Source of the DNA: Gemmatimonadales bacterium
GTDB lineage: Bacteria; Gemmatimonadota; Gemmatimonadetes; Longimicrobiales; Gaopeijiaceae
DNA length: 64,000 nucleotides
Reading direction: 5' to 3'
Assembly: GCA_050485865.1 (NCBI GenBank)
Contig: JBJHCE010000003.1
Span: forward strand, 1,506-65,505
Shown here: in pieces, positions 25,908 to 33,677 of the stretch
How positions within the stretch are numbered: position 1 is the first letter of the stretch
Layout of the letters: each line of letters begins with the position of its first letter
Notes under the pieces: generated by a model
The model's database searches: none
The model's input: only the letters and a program-made list of their open reading frames with translations
What the model was told of the DNA's origin: nothing
Translations under genes and position numbers: made by a program

Positions 25908-27716
25908 TCAGGCCTCCCGGGGGTTCGGATGGAGGGGCGCGGTCGAGGGGGCCGCCGCGGGCTGGGGCTTCACGATCATCCCCCCGATCCAGAAGACGAA
26001 GGAGATCATTCCGAGGAAGATCAGGACGCAGGCGCTGATCACGATGGCCGCGTATCCGAGCGCCGGGGTCGCCGCGTGGGGCGAGGTGTCGCGCATCACC
26101 TCCCAGATGTGCCAGTGCTGGCGAATCCCGCTTCGGGCGAACCCCATGAGCCCCATGAGCCAGGTGAAGGTCACGACCAGCACGAAGAGGGCGTACTGGG
26201 CGCGCTCGGGCATCTCTCCCCAGCGGATCGCCCCCCGGGATTCGGCCTTCCGGGTCAGGAGGAGGTCCAGGACGACCACGGCCACGATGGAGCCCAGCAC
26301 CCAGAGCACCTGGTAGACCGAGAATCCGATCCGGACAATGGCCTCGACGAAGTAGCCGTAGACCCCGTAGAAGAGGACGACGGCAGCACAGATCGCGAGC
26401 ACGATCCCCTGGGCGATCGTCCCCTCCCGGGCCCACGACACGGTGGGAATCTTGTTCGCCCGGCGGTACATCAGGAAGGACAGGAAGGTGGTGAGGATCA
26501 TGAGGTTCACCGCCGTGTTCTTGGCACTCATGACCCCGAGCACCCCCAGGAAGGGGTGGTGCGTCCCCCCCATGGCGGCGAGCTCCTCCCGGTCCGCGAT
26601 CATGGAGTGGGGGGTGGCCCACACGATGAAGCCCACCACGAGGACGGCGAGCATGTACTTCGTGTACGGAGCGAACCGCTCTCCTCCGGGGATGCGACCG
26701 AGGCCGATCCAGAGGTAGTAGTTGCCCGCGAGGAAGAGGATCCCGATCAGGAAGGCCTGCACGATCCAGAGCCAGCTCATGAAGCCGCCCATCATCGTGA
26801 CGCCCATCTGCTGGTTGTACTCGTAGATCTCCCGCCCCAGCCAGTAGCCCGCGAAGGGGAGCACGAGGAAGACCGCGATGGCGATGAGGTTCCCCACGTA
26901 CGCCATCCAGTCGTAGTGGGCGCGCTCCTCCGGGGTCTTCGCCTTGAGGAATCGGTACGCCGCGTAGGCCGCCACCACCGCCCCACCGAACACGGCGTTC
27001 GCGATGAGCCGGTGGATGTTGATGGGCATCCAGGTGGCGTTCGCGAAGGCGCTCCAGAAGAGCACCTCCCGGGGGGAGGTGTCGGGGGTCACGTACCCCG
27101 GGGGGCTCATCATGTAGGTGAGCCAGGAGTTCGCGATGAACATCACGATCGTGCCCCAGATGTTCAGGAGGATCCCGAGCCCCCAGTGTCCGATCTTGGC
27201 CCGACCGGCCTTCCACCGGTCCCACGTGTAGTAGTAGGTGTAGAGGGTGGCCGTCTCGAAGAAGAAGAGACCGGCGTAGAAGTACATGGAGTAGCCGAAG
27301 ATCTCGGCCAGGTATCCCCAGAGCGTGGGGTAGAGGGTCACGAGGAGGAAGAGGAGGAGCCCGCCCCAGAGGGCCGTGGCGCTGTAGGCCACGAGGAGGA
27401 GGCGGGTGAATTCCCGGGCGAGCCGGTCGTACTTCTCGTCCTTCCCCCAGATCGCGATCGCCTCGGCGATCACCGCGAACATCGGCACCCCGAGCACGAA
27501 GGCGGCGAACATGAGGTGCACCTGCGCCGCCACCCACACGGCGATCCGGCTCCCCACCAGGGGAAAGTCCCGCCCGTACTCCGCCACCCGGTACTGGTAC
27601 TGGAAGCCCTGGGCGGCGAGGGGCTCGGCAAGGATCACCACGAGGGCCACCCCGGCGGCGAGGGCCGCGAGCGCCCACGCGATCCGGGCCTTCCCGCCCT
27701 GGCTCCGGCCCGTCAT
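25908..27716 (-). CDS. CydA-like protein (cytochrome bd subunit I superfamily), extended to about 13-14 hydrophobic segments, no CydB partner
   Basis: Aligns to the E. coli CydA N-terminal half: AAQVHLMF (His19 context), FFFETATL (FFLESTF), TWDRW (GWDR), IGHWGL (His126 context), ANSWLTYMMSP (ANGWMQNP) and NIHRLIANAVFGG (His186 context). ATG 27716 overlaps the radical-SAM stop. Confidence 0.8.
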   Translation of the reverse strand: MTGRSQGGKARIAWALAALAAGVALVVILAEPLAAQGFQYQYRVAEYGRDFPLVGSRIAVWVAAQVHLMFAAFVLGVPMFAVIAEAIAIWGKDEKYDRLAREFTRLLLVAYSATALWGGLLLFLLVTLYPTLWGYLAEIFGYSMYFYAGLFFFETATLYTYYYTWDRWKAGRAKIGHWGLGILLNIWGTIVMFIANSWLTYMMSPPGYVTPDTSPREVLFWSAFANATWMPINIHRLIANAVFGGAVVAAYAAYRFLKAKTPEERAHYDWMAYVGNLIAIAVFLVLPFAGYWLGREIYEYNQQMGVTMMGGFMSWLWIVQAFLIGILFLAGNYYLWIGLGRIPGGERFAPYTKYMLAVLVVGFIVWATPHSMIADREELAAMGGTHHPFLGVLGVMSAKNTAVNLMILTTFLSFLMYRRANKIPTVSWAREGTIAQGIVLAICAAVVLFYGVYGYFVEAIVRIGFSVYQVLWVLGSIVAVVVLDLLLTRKAESRGAIRWGEMPERAQYALFVLVVTFTWLMGLMGFARSGIRQHWHIWEVMRDTSPHAATPALGYAAIVISACVLIFLGMISFVFWIGGMIVKPQPAAAPSTAPLHPNPREA

Positions 27717-29053
27717 GCCTTCCCTCCCCGCCCGAGGAAGAAGGGGAGCCGCTTCGAGAAGTCCACCGGCATCTCCTCCCGGACCCGGGCCATCAGCGCC
27801 TCGTCCACGACCGCCACCCCCCGGTCCCGGGCAAAGCGCTCCACCCGGTCCACCACCACCCCCCGGACGAAGCTCGGAATCCGCTCCACCCGGGCCCGGG
27901 CGCCTTCGGTCCAGGGGAGTGCCGGCTCGGGGATCGAGGCCCCGTAGGTGACCGACGCGCGCGGGCGGACAAGGGGCTCGTCCCCGTCCGGCTCGTACGC
28001 GCACGAGAGGTCCGGCCCGAGGAGGTCGCCGGTCTCGGCAAAGGCCCGGGCGCGACACCCCCCGCACACCTCCCGGTACGCGCACCGCCCGCACTTTCCG
28101 CCGGGCGTTCCTTCACGAAGGGCCTGGAACACCGCGGAAGTGCGCCAGATCTCGCCGAAGGAGGCCTCCGCCAGGTCCCCCGCCTCCACCGGGGAGTAGG
28201 GACAGGGCGTCACCTTCCCCTCGGGAGTGATGCGGCAGTACTGGAGCCCGCAGGGACACCGGGTCCGGTAGTTCAGGAGGGGGGAGTCCGGCTCCCCGGC
28301 GTGGGCGAGGCGCATGAGCTGCGGCTGGCACTTCGAGCGAACCAGCATCCGGCCCCGGAAGCGGGCCTCGAGGGCCAGGAGCTCCTCCAGGACCTCCTCG
28401 TTCTCCGCGGGGGAGAGCCCCTGCATCCCCGACCCCCGCCCGGTGGGAACGAGGAAATAGAGGTTGAAGGCCACGGCACCCATTTCGGCGGCCCAGGCCA
28501 CGAGTCCCGGGAGCTCGTCCCGGTTTCCCCGGGTGAGGCTCGTCTGCACGATGAAGTCGAGGCCGTGGCGCCCGAGTCGCTCCACCGCGGCAAGGGTATC
28601 GGAGAGGGCGCCCGAGCCGTGGCGAAAGCGGTCGTGGTACGCGGGGCGGAGCGAGTCCACGCTCACCGCCACGCCCTGCACCCCCGCTTCCATGAGCGAC
28701 CGGATCCGGGTGTCCGTGAGACGCGTTCCGTTCGTACCCACCACCACCGTGGCGCCCCCTTCCGTGGCCCGGGAGGCGAGAAGCTCCAGGTCGTCGCGAA
28801 GGAGGGGCTCCCCGCCGGAGAGGATCAGCATCGGCGCGGGGCTCACCTCCAGGATCTCTCCGAGGATGCGGAGGCATCGGTCCGTCGGGAGCTCGTCGGC
28901 CGCGGCGTGCCAGGACCCGGCCGCGATGTAGCAGTGGGCGCACGCCAGGTTGCAACGCTTCGTCAGGTTCCAGGCCACCACGTGGGGAACGGGCGGGGCA
29001 GGCTCCGACACCGGCGTGGACGGCGCTTCGTCGAGCGCCCGGGCGAGGCTCAC
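27713..29053 (-). CDS. Radical SAM/SPASM enzyme of the NirJ/AhbC/AhbD (tetrapyrrole side-chain) type with a C-terminal PCP_red-like domain
   Basis: CNLACAHCY (CxxxCxxC), SGGEPLL, NLYFLVPTGRG, and a Cys-rich tail CPCGLQYC...PCPY...GKCGRCAYREVCGGCRARA. The C terminus is LPWTEGARARVERIPSFVRGVVVDRVERFARDRG. The GTG start overlaps the upstream stop (GTGA at 29050-29053). Confidence 0.8.
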   Translation of the reverse strand: MSLARALDEAPSTPVSEPAPPVPHVVAWNLTKRCNLACAHCYIAAGSWHAAADELPTDRCLRILGEILEVSPAPMLILSGGEPLLRDDLELLASRATEGGATVVVGTNGTRLTDTRIRSLMEAGVQGVAVSVDSLRPAYHDRFRHGSGALSDTLAAVERLGRHGLDFIVQTSLTRGNRDELPGLVAWAAEMGAVAFNLYFLVPTGRGSGMQGLSPAENEEVLEELLALEARFRGRMLVRSKCQPQLMRLAHAGEPDSPLLNYRTRCPCGLQYCRITPEGKVTPCPYSPVEAGDLAEASFGEIWRTSAVFQALREGTPGGKCGRCAYREVCGGCRARAFAETGDLLGPDLSCAYEPDGDEPLVRPRASVTYGASIPEPALPWTEGARARVERIPSFVRGVVVDRVERFARDRGVAVVDEALMARVREEMPVDFSKRLPFFLGRGGKA

Positions 29054-31035
29054 GCCTCCTCCTCCATGAATCGTTCCACCGCCGCCCTTGCCTCGGCGGG
29101 TGTCGCCGTCTTCATGTCCACCGGGCACTTCTCGACCTGGGCCTCGACATCGCGGATCGGACACCGGGTGACCCCCTGGGCCTTCGCCTCCTCGATGAAT
29201 TTCCTCATCTCGGGCGAGAGCCCGTCCACCCCCTCGGCCGCGGCCTTGAGCTGCTTCGTCTGGAGCTCGCGGAACATGACGAGCATGGTGTCCATGTCGA
29301 ACTCGTCGGCCTCGATCATGGCCTGCTTGTTCTCGTCCATGACCCGGGTCGTGACCCGCCAGAGGTCGTGTTCCTTCGCGAAGCGCTCCACGGTGTTGCG
29401 GGCCAGGGGGCGCGCGATCAGGGGCACGGCCCGAAGGCGTTCGAAGGCTTCCGCGGTCCAGACCACCGGGTCGGTGGCGGTACGCTCCCGGGACTGGCTA
29501 TGCCCCGTGTAGGGGCACGCCACGGTCACCGTGGGGACCTCGGGCTCGGGGTCCGCGTCCACCCCTTCCACCACGGTCCGCCGCATCGCCTCCTCCGCCT
29601 TCACCTCGGCCAGGGCAAGCTCTTCGGCGGTCCCGATCCCCATGATCATCTGCATGTGGGTGGGAAGGAGCTTCCGGATCGCCTCGTCGAGGCGGTCGCC
29701 GGTCACGGTGGGAAGCGCATGTCCCCCGTTCCCGTACTCCTCGAGGACGAACTCCTCCACCGCCTTCCGGGCGATCCCCAGGGCGAAGGGCGGCACCCGG
29801 AGGATCCGCACCTCGGCGTCGGGGGCCCACTCGAGCCCCTGTTCCCCGTCTTCCTCGATCCAGGGGATCTCGTCGGGGCGGACGTCGGTGGTCCCCACGA
29901 GGAGCACGTTCGCAGGCGTGAGGCGGCAGAGGTTCTCGGCCTGGGAACCCAGATCGGTGCCGTCGATCCGGTGCCCCCCGTGCCGCGCCATCACGACGAG
30001 CGAGGGGTCGAGCTCCTCCACCCACTGGAGGATGCACTGGAAGGGCTTCCCGATCAGGATCTGGGTCTCCACCTCCACGTCGGGGAACTCGGAGGCCATG
30101 ACCTGCGCCCGCTTGAGGTTCGCCTGGCAGAGCTTCAGGAGCCCCTTGTCGATGATGTTGTTGTGAAGGGCTTCCTGCTCCTCGAACTTGAAGACCTTCG
30201 CGGCCTGCGCCGAGAGCACGTCCTTGATGTTGCCGAAGACGACGTGGTGATACTCCACGTCGAAGGCGGAGCAGACGTGGAGCTTCGCCCCGAACTCCCG
30301 GGCGAGTTCGAGGGCCACCCGCATCGCCTTGTACGCGTAGGAGGAGCCGTCCACGCATACGATCCAGGATCCGCCCTCGAGCGGTCGGTCGTTCCGGACG
30401 ATCAGGGTGTCCCGTTCGACCTTCCGGATGACCCGGGCGGTGACGCCCCCGAGCTGTGAGAGGGGCTGGAGGCCGATTCCGTGGGCGCCGATGCAGAGGA
30501 GGTCGTATTCACGACCGCTCTCGCCCGCGAGCTTCTCGTCCTGCTCCTCGTCCTCGGCCACGATCCGTCCGTCCGCCCCGAGGCGAACGTCGCTCCGGAC
30601 CGTCGTACCCCCGTCGTACTTGTCGGCGATGTTGGGATCGAAGCCGATGAGACTGGGAAGGCGCCCCGCTCCCCGGTTCGCCTCACGGATGATCTCCTCG
30701 TAGTTGATTCCCTCGAGGAGCTGCCGTGCAAGGGGGACTCCGGCCTCCCGGCACCGCCGTTCCGTCTGGTCCAGGAAGGAGTCCGAGATGAGCTGGAGCC
30801 CCTTCTCGATCAGCTTGTCGTGGACCTTCCGCTGCCGCCGGATCTCTTCCGGGGTCTGGAACTGTGCAGGGAGACCGGTTTCGAGCTGCCGGAACCGGAC
30901 GTCGTGAAGCCGGGCGGCGTAGACGTGGTTTCCGGTGATCCGGCCGTCGGACCTGCGGCAGAGCTCCACCGCACGGTTCACGGCCCAGCTGGAATGGTCG
31001 GAGTTGTCGACCGGAACGAGGACTTCGCGGTACAT
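29050..31035 (-). CDS. Tandem universal-stress-protein (USP) domains fused to two PCP_red-like domains
   Basis: USP-1 is MYREVLVPVDNSDHS...LLCIGAHG...VIRKVERDTLIV. USP-2 is WIVCVDGSSYAYKA...VVMARHGGH...GSQAENLCRLTPANVLLV. These are followed by EWAPDAEVRILRVPPFALGIARKAVEEFVLEE and VVWTAEAFERLRAVPLIARPLARNTVERFAKEHD. A GAGG Shine-Dalgarno precedes ATG 31035. Confidence 0.8.
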   Translation of the reverse strand: MYREVLVPVDNSDHSSWAVNRAVELCRRSDGRITGNHVYAARLHDVRFRQLETGLPAQFQTPEEIRRQRKVHDKLIEKGLQLISDSFLDQTERRCREAGVPLARQLLEGINYEEIIREANRGAGRLPSLIGFDPNIADKYDGGTTVRSDVRLGADGRIVAEDEEQDEKLAGESGREYDLLCIGAHGIGLQPLSQLGGVTARVIRKVERDTLIVRNDRPLEGGSWIVCVDGSSYAYKAMRVALELAREFGAKLHVCSAFDVEYHHVVFGNIKDVLSAQAAKVFKFEEQEALHNNIIDKGLLKLCQANLKRAQVMASEFPDVEVETQILIGKPFQCILQWVEELDPSLVVMARHGGHRIDGTDLGSQAENLCRLTPANVLLVGTTDVRPDEIPWIEEDGEQGLEWAPDAEVRILRVPPFALGIARKAVEEFVLEEYGNGGHALPTVTGDRLDEAIRKLLPTHMQMIMGIGTAEELALAEVKAEEAMRRTVVEGVDADPEPEVPTVTVACPYTGHSQSRERTATDPVVWTAEAFERLRAVPLIARPLARNTVERFAKEHDLWRVTTRVMDENKQAMIEADEFDMDTMLVMFRELQTKQLKAAAEGVDGLSPEMRKFIEEAKAQGVTRCPIRDVEAQVEKCPVDMKTATPAEARAAVERFMEEEA

Positions 31036-31418
31036 CGGCACCTCGGGCCTTGAGCCTGAGCACCCCCGCAACCGGCCCCAGGGCGGGCAGGGGCCCAGGA
31101 TCTGGGCCATACCCGTCCTCAGGAGCCCCGGGACAAGCCCGGGGACCCACGCTCCGCCCTCGGCGGAGCACGGACGCTGCGACCGGCACGAAGGGGACGG
31201 GACGTTCCCGCCCACTCACGCTCAAACCGGGCATCCACGCGTTGTGCTCGCTTCTGCCCGACGACCGCCTCCCTCCGGGAGGGGGCGGACCGTGACCGAG
31301 GTTTGCTGTTGTCGCTTCGGGAGGGGGCCCTGTCTGCAGGTCGTGCGAGGCACATCGTGCCGGGACCCGCGGGCTGCACCCGTCCCCGGGGACCGTCCCC
31401 GGGGTGTGCGACGACGCC

Positions 31419-31448
31419 AACATAGAGGACCCTTTCCGGGGATGTCAA
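31419..31448 (-). promoter_or_regulatory. Sigma-70-like promoter candidate TTGACA-N18-TATGTT
   Basis: Minus-strand TTGACA (31448-31443), an 18-nt spacer and TATGTT (31424-31419), inside a locally AT-enriched patch. It would give a ~375-nt leader before the USP gene start at 31035. Confidence 0.4.
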
Positions 31449-31479
31449 CGGAAATGTTCTTTTCCGCTCCATGCGCGGT

Positions 31480-32223
31480 TCATCCGCGGAGTCCCGCGAC
31501 CCGTCCCACGAGCCCTCGAGCCGCCAGGAGGGAGATCCCCGCCAGGAGCAGGGTGGAGAGTGCGGGGCCGAACCAGTGGACGAGGGCCGCCGCCCCTGGA
31601 ACGGTCCCGGTGGCGCCTGGCGGCCCGCTCGCCACCCGGAGGAGCTCCCGATGAAGGGGGCCGAAGGGAAGGAGCGCCTCGAACCGGGCTCCCCAGCCCC
31701 CGGCCTGCGCCGTGCGGAACACGCCGGACCCGTGGAGGAGGAAGAGGGTGGCCACCGCGGCGAAGAGGGCGCCCTCCGCCATGGACCGCGCGGCGGAGGC
31801 GACCCACAGTCCCACGAGGTTCGCCGCCGCGAGGGCAAGGGCGAGGGTCGCGGCAAGGACCAGGAAGTCGCGGGCTCCGCCACCCGACAGGGCCACGATC
31901 AGGATCACCGATGGCGAGAGCTGGACCAGGTCCACCCCCACCTGGGCCGCGGTCCGCTCGACCACGAACCGGCCCGGCGGAAGCCCGGTCATGACGACCC
32001 TGCCCAGGAAGCCCGATTCAGCATCCCGGAGCACCGGGATCGCGGAACCCATGGTTCCGAAGAGGACGAAGAGCACGGCGTAGACCGCTGCCGCGTGGAA
32101 CGCAGGTGCCGCACCGAGCGCCAGCGGAACCACGAGAAGAAGGGGCACGCCGACGTTCAGGGCGAAGAGGCGCTTCCGCCGAAGCGAAAGGCGCCACTCG
32201 AGCCGTGCCAGGGCGCCCCTCAC
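31480..32223 (-). CDS. ABC-2-type transporter permease
   Basis: About 6 hydrophobic helices. The GTG start overlaps the ATPase stop (GTGA at 32220-32223). Confidence 0.65.
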   Translation of the reverse strand: MRGALARLEWRLSLRRKRLFALNVGVPLLLVVPLALGAAPAFHAAAVYAVLFVLFGTMGSAIPVLRDAESGFLGRVVMTGLPPGRFVVERTAAQVGVDLVQLSPSVILIVALSGGGARDFLVLAATLALALAAANLVGLWVASAARSMAEGALFAAVATLFLLHGSGVFRTAQAGGWGARFEALLPFGPLHRELLRVASGPPGATGTVPGAAALVHWFGPALSTLLLAGISLLAARGLVGRVAGLRG

Positions 32224-33230
32224 GGTGCCCCTCCCCCCGCCCCGTGCCCGTCCTCCGTCGGATCCGGCGACCCACGGCCCGGCACCGGTCCGGTGACCCC
32301 GGTCATATCCTCCAGGACCGCCTCCAGCCCTGCCTCCCGGACCCGGACCTCGGCCACGGCGACCCCGGACTCGAGCAGCCGTGCCAGGAGTCCCGGGAGG
32401 ACGGTCTCGAGGGGAACGCCGCCGGGGTCGGTCCGGAACTCCAGGGATCCGTCGGCTCGCCTTTTCTCGAGGGTGACCCCGGGAAGGTCGATTCCGCGCT
32501 CCCACCCCGGCTCCTCCACCCCCTCGGCAAGGGTCACGAAGACCCGGGTGCGACCGTGCATCCTCTCGAGGAGTCCCGAAGGCGGTGCGTCCGCCAGGAC
32601 CCGCCCCCGGTGCAGGACCACGACCCGGTCGAACCCCGGTGCCAGTCGAGCCAGGTCATGCGTCGCCACCACGATCGCCGTCCCCGCCCCGGCTTCCTCC
32701 CGCGCCGCTTCCTCCAGGGCCGTCACCCCCGAGTGGTCGAGCCCTACCGTGGGCTCGTCCAGCACCAGGAGGCCCGCCGCGCTCCCGAAGGCCTCGGCAA
32801 GGACGAGGCGCCGCCGCATTCCGGAGGAGTACGACTCCACCGACCGGTCCGCCACATCGGACAGCCCGAAGGCGTCGATCCAGCGTTCGACGTGCCCCGG
32901 ACCTCTCCCCCGGAACGCCTGGAAGGCCCCGAGGTGCTCCCGCCCCGTGAGGGCGCCTGCGAAGACCGGTACGTCGGGAGCCATGGCGATCCGGCGGCGC
33001 AGCGCCGGGAGCTCGGAGCCTCGCGGCGGCCTGGACGCCCCGAACCACCGGATCTCCCCGCCCGTGGGCGAGAGCGCGGTGGCAAGAAGGCGGAGGAGGG
33101 TCGACTTCCCGGCGCCATTCACCCCGACCACGGCCACCCGTTCTCCCGCCGCCACCCCCAGATCGATCCCCTCCACCCCGGCCTCCCCCCCGGGCCACCG
33201 CAGCGCAAGGTCTCGGGCCTGGACGACCAC
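32220..33230 (-). CDS. ABC transporter ATP-binding protein (ABC-2/DrrA-like with C-terminal extension)
   Basis: Walker A GVNGAGKST, signature YSSGMRRRL, Walker B LLVLDEPTVGLD and H-loop ATHD. The GTG start abuts the upstream TAG stop. Confidence 0.9.
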   Translation of the reverse strand: MVVQARDLALRWPGGEAGVEGIDLGVAAGERVAVVGVNGAGKSTLLRLLATALSPTGGEIRWFGASRPPRGSELPALRRRIAMAPDVPVFAGALTGREHLGAFQAFRGRGPGHVERWIDAFGLSDVADRSVESYSSGMRRRLVLAEAFGSAAGLLVLDEPTVGLDHSGVTALEEAAREEAGAGTAIVVATHDLARLAPGFDRVVVLHRGRVLADAPPSGLLERMHGRTRVFVTLAEGVEEPGWERGIDLPGVTLEKRRADGSLEFRTDPGGVPLETVLPGLLARLLESGVAVAEVRVREAGLEAVLEDMTGVTGPVPGRGSPDPTEDGHGAGGGAP

Positions 33231-33677
33231 CTACATGCCTTCCAGGCCCAGGTCGGTCCGGGCCCGATCCATGACCTCCGGCGAGATCGTCCCGATCCCA
33301 TGCTCCCGGGCGTAGTCGGTGTAGATCCGCTTCACCATTCCGCGAACGAACCCCGGCACCCCCTGGAGGCGGAGCACCGCCTCCTCCGTCCAGATCACCG
33401 GGATCGGCGTCGTCGGAGCCGACGTGTCGACGAAGGCATCACTCCGCCCGCCATCGAGGGAGCCGCGCACCGTTTCGAAGGGCTGGGCAGGGACCTCCCT
33501 CCCGCCGACCTTCACCCCCATGGTGCTCACGAGCTGGGTCTCCATCGGGTTCGTGAGCAGCGCCATTTCCCTTGCACACCCGGGGCACCGGAAGAGGGTG
33601 GCCATCGTCCCGTCGCCGGGGAGGCGCCGCTCGGCGTAGGCCATGACCTGGTCGCAGGGGATGCAGAGGAATTTCAT
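33231..33677 (-). CDS. Zn-ribbon + PCP_red-like domain protein
   Basis: N-terminal CIPC...CPGC ribbon. The C-terminal domain is VIWTEEAVLRLQGVPGFVRGMVKRIYTDYAREHG. The ATG overlaps the Mrp stop (ATGA at 33674-33677). Confidence 0.7.
   Translation of the reverse strand: MKFLCIPCDQVMAYAERRLPGDGTMATLFRCPGCAREMALLTNPMETQLVSTMGVKVGGREVPAQPFETVRGSLDGGRSDAFVDTSAPTTPIPVIWTEEAVLRLQGVPGFVRGMVKRIYTDYAREHGIGTISPEVMDRARTDLGLEGM

Noticed and set aside
24975-27947. 990-aa plus-strand ORF covering the cytochrome c and CydA-like genes
   Set aside because: Its composition is dominated by R/G/P/H/E/D runs and it has no recognisable motif. The opposite strand encodes CxxCH cytochromes and a CydA-like protein with clear family motifs. 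This is a typical antisense shadow ORF of very GC-rich DNA.
31036-31412. Possible cobalamin or other known riboswitch in the long leader
   Set aside because: I could not find a B12 box (GCCACTG-like) or the conserved cores of the TPP, SAM, FMN or glycine classes on the minus strand. It is kept only as an unclassified leader in the findings.
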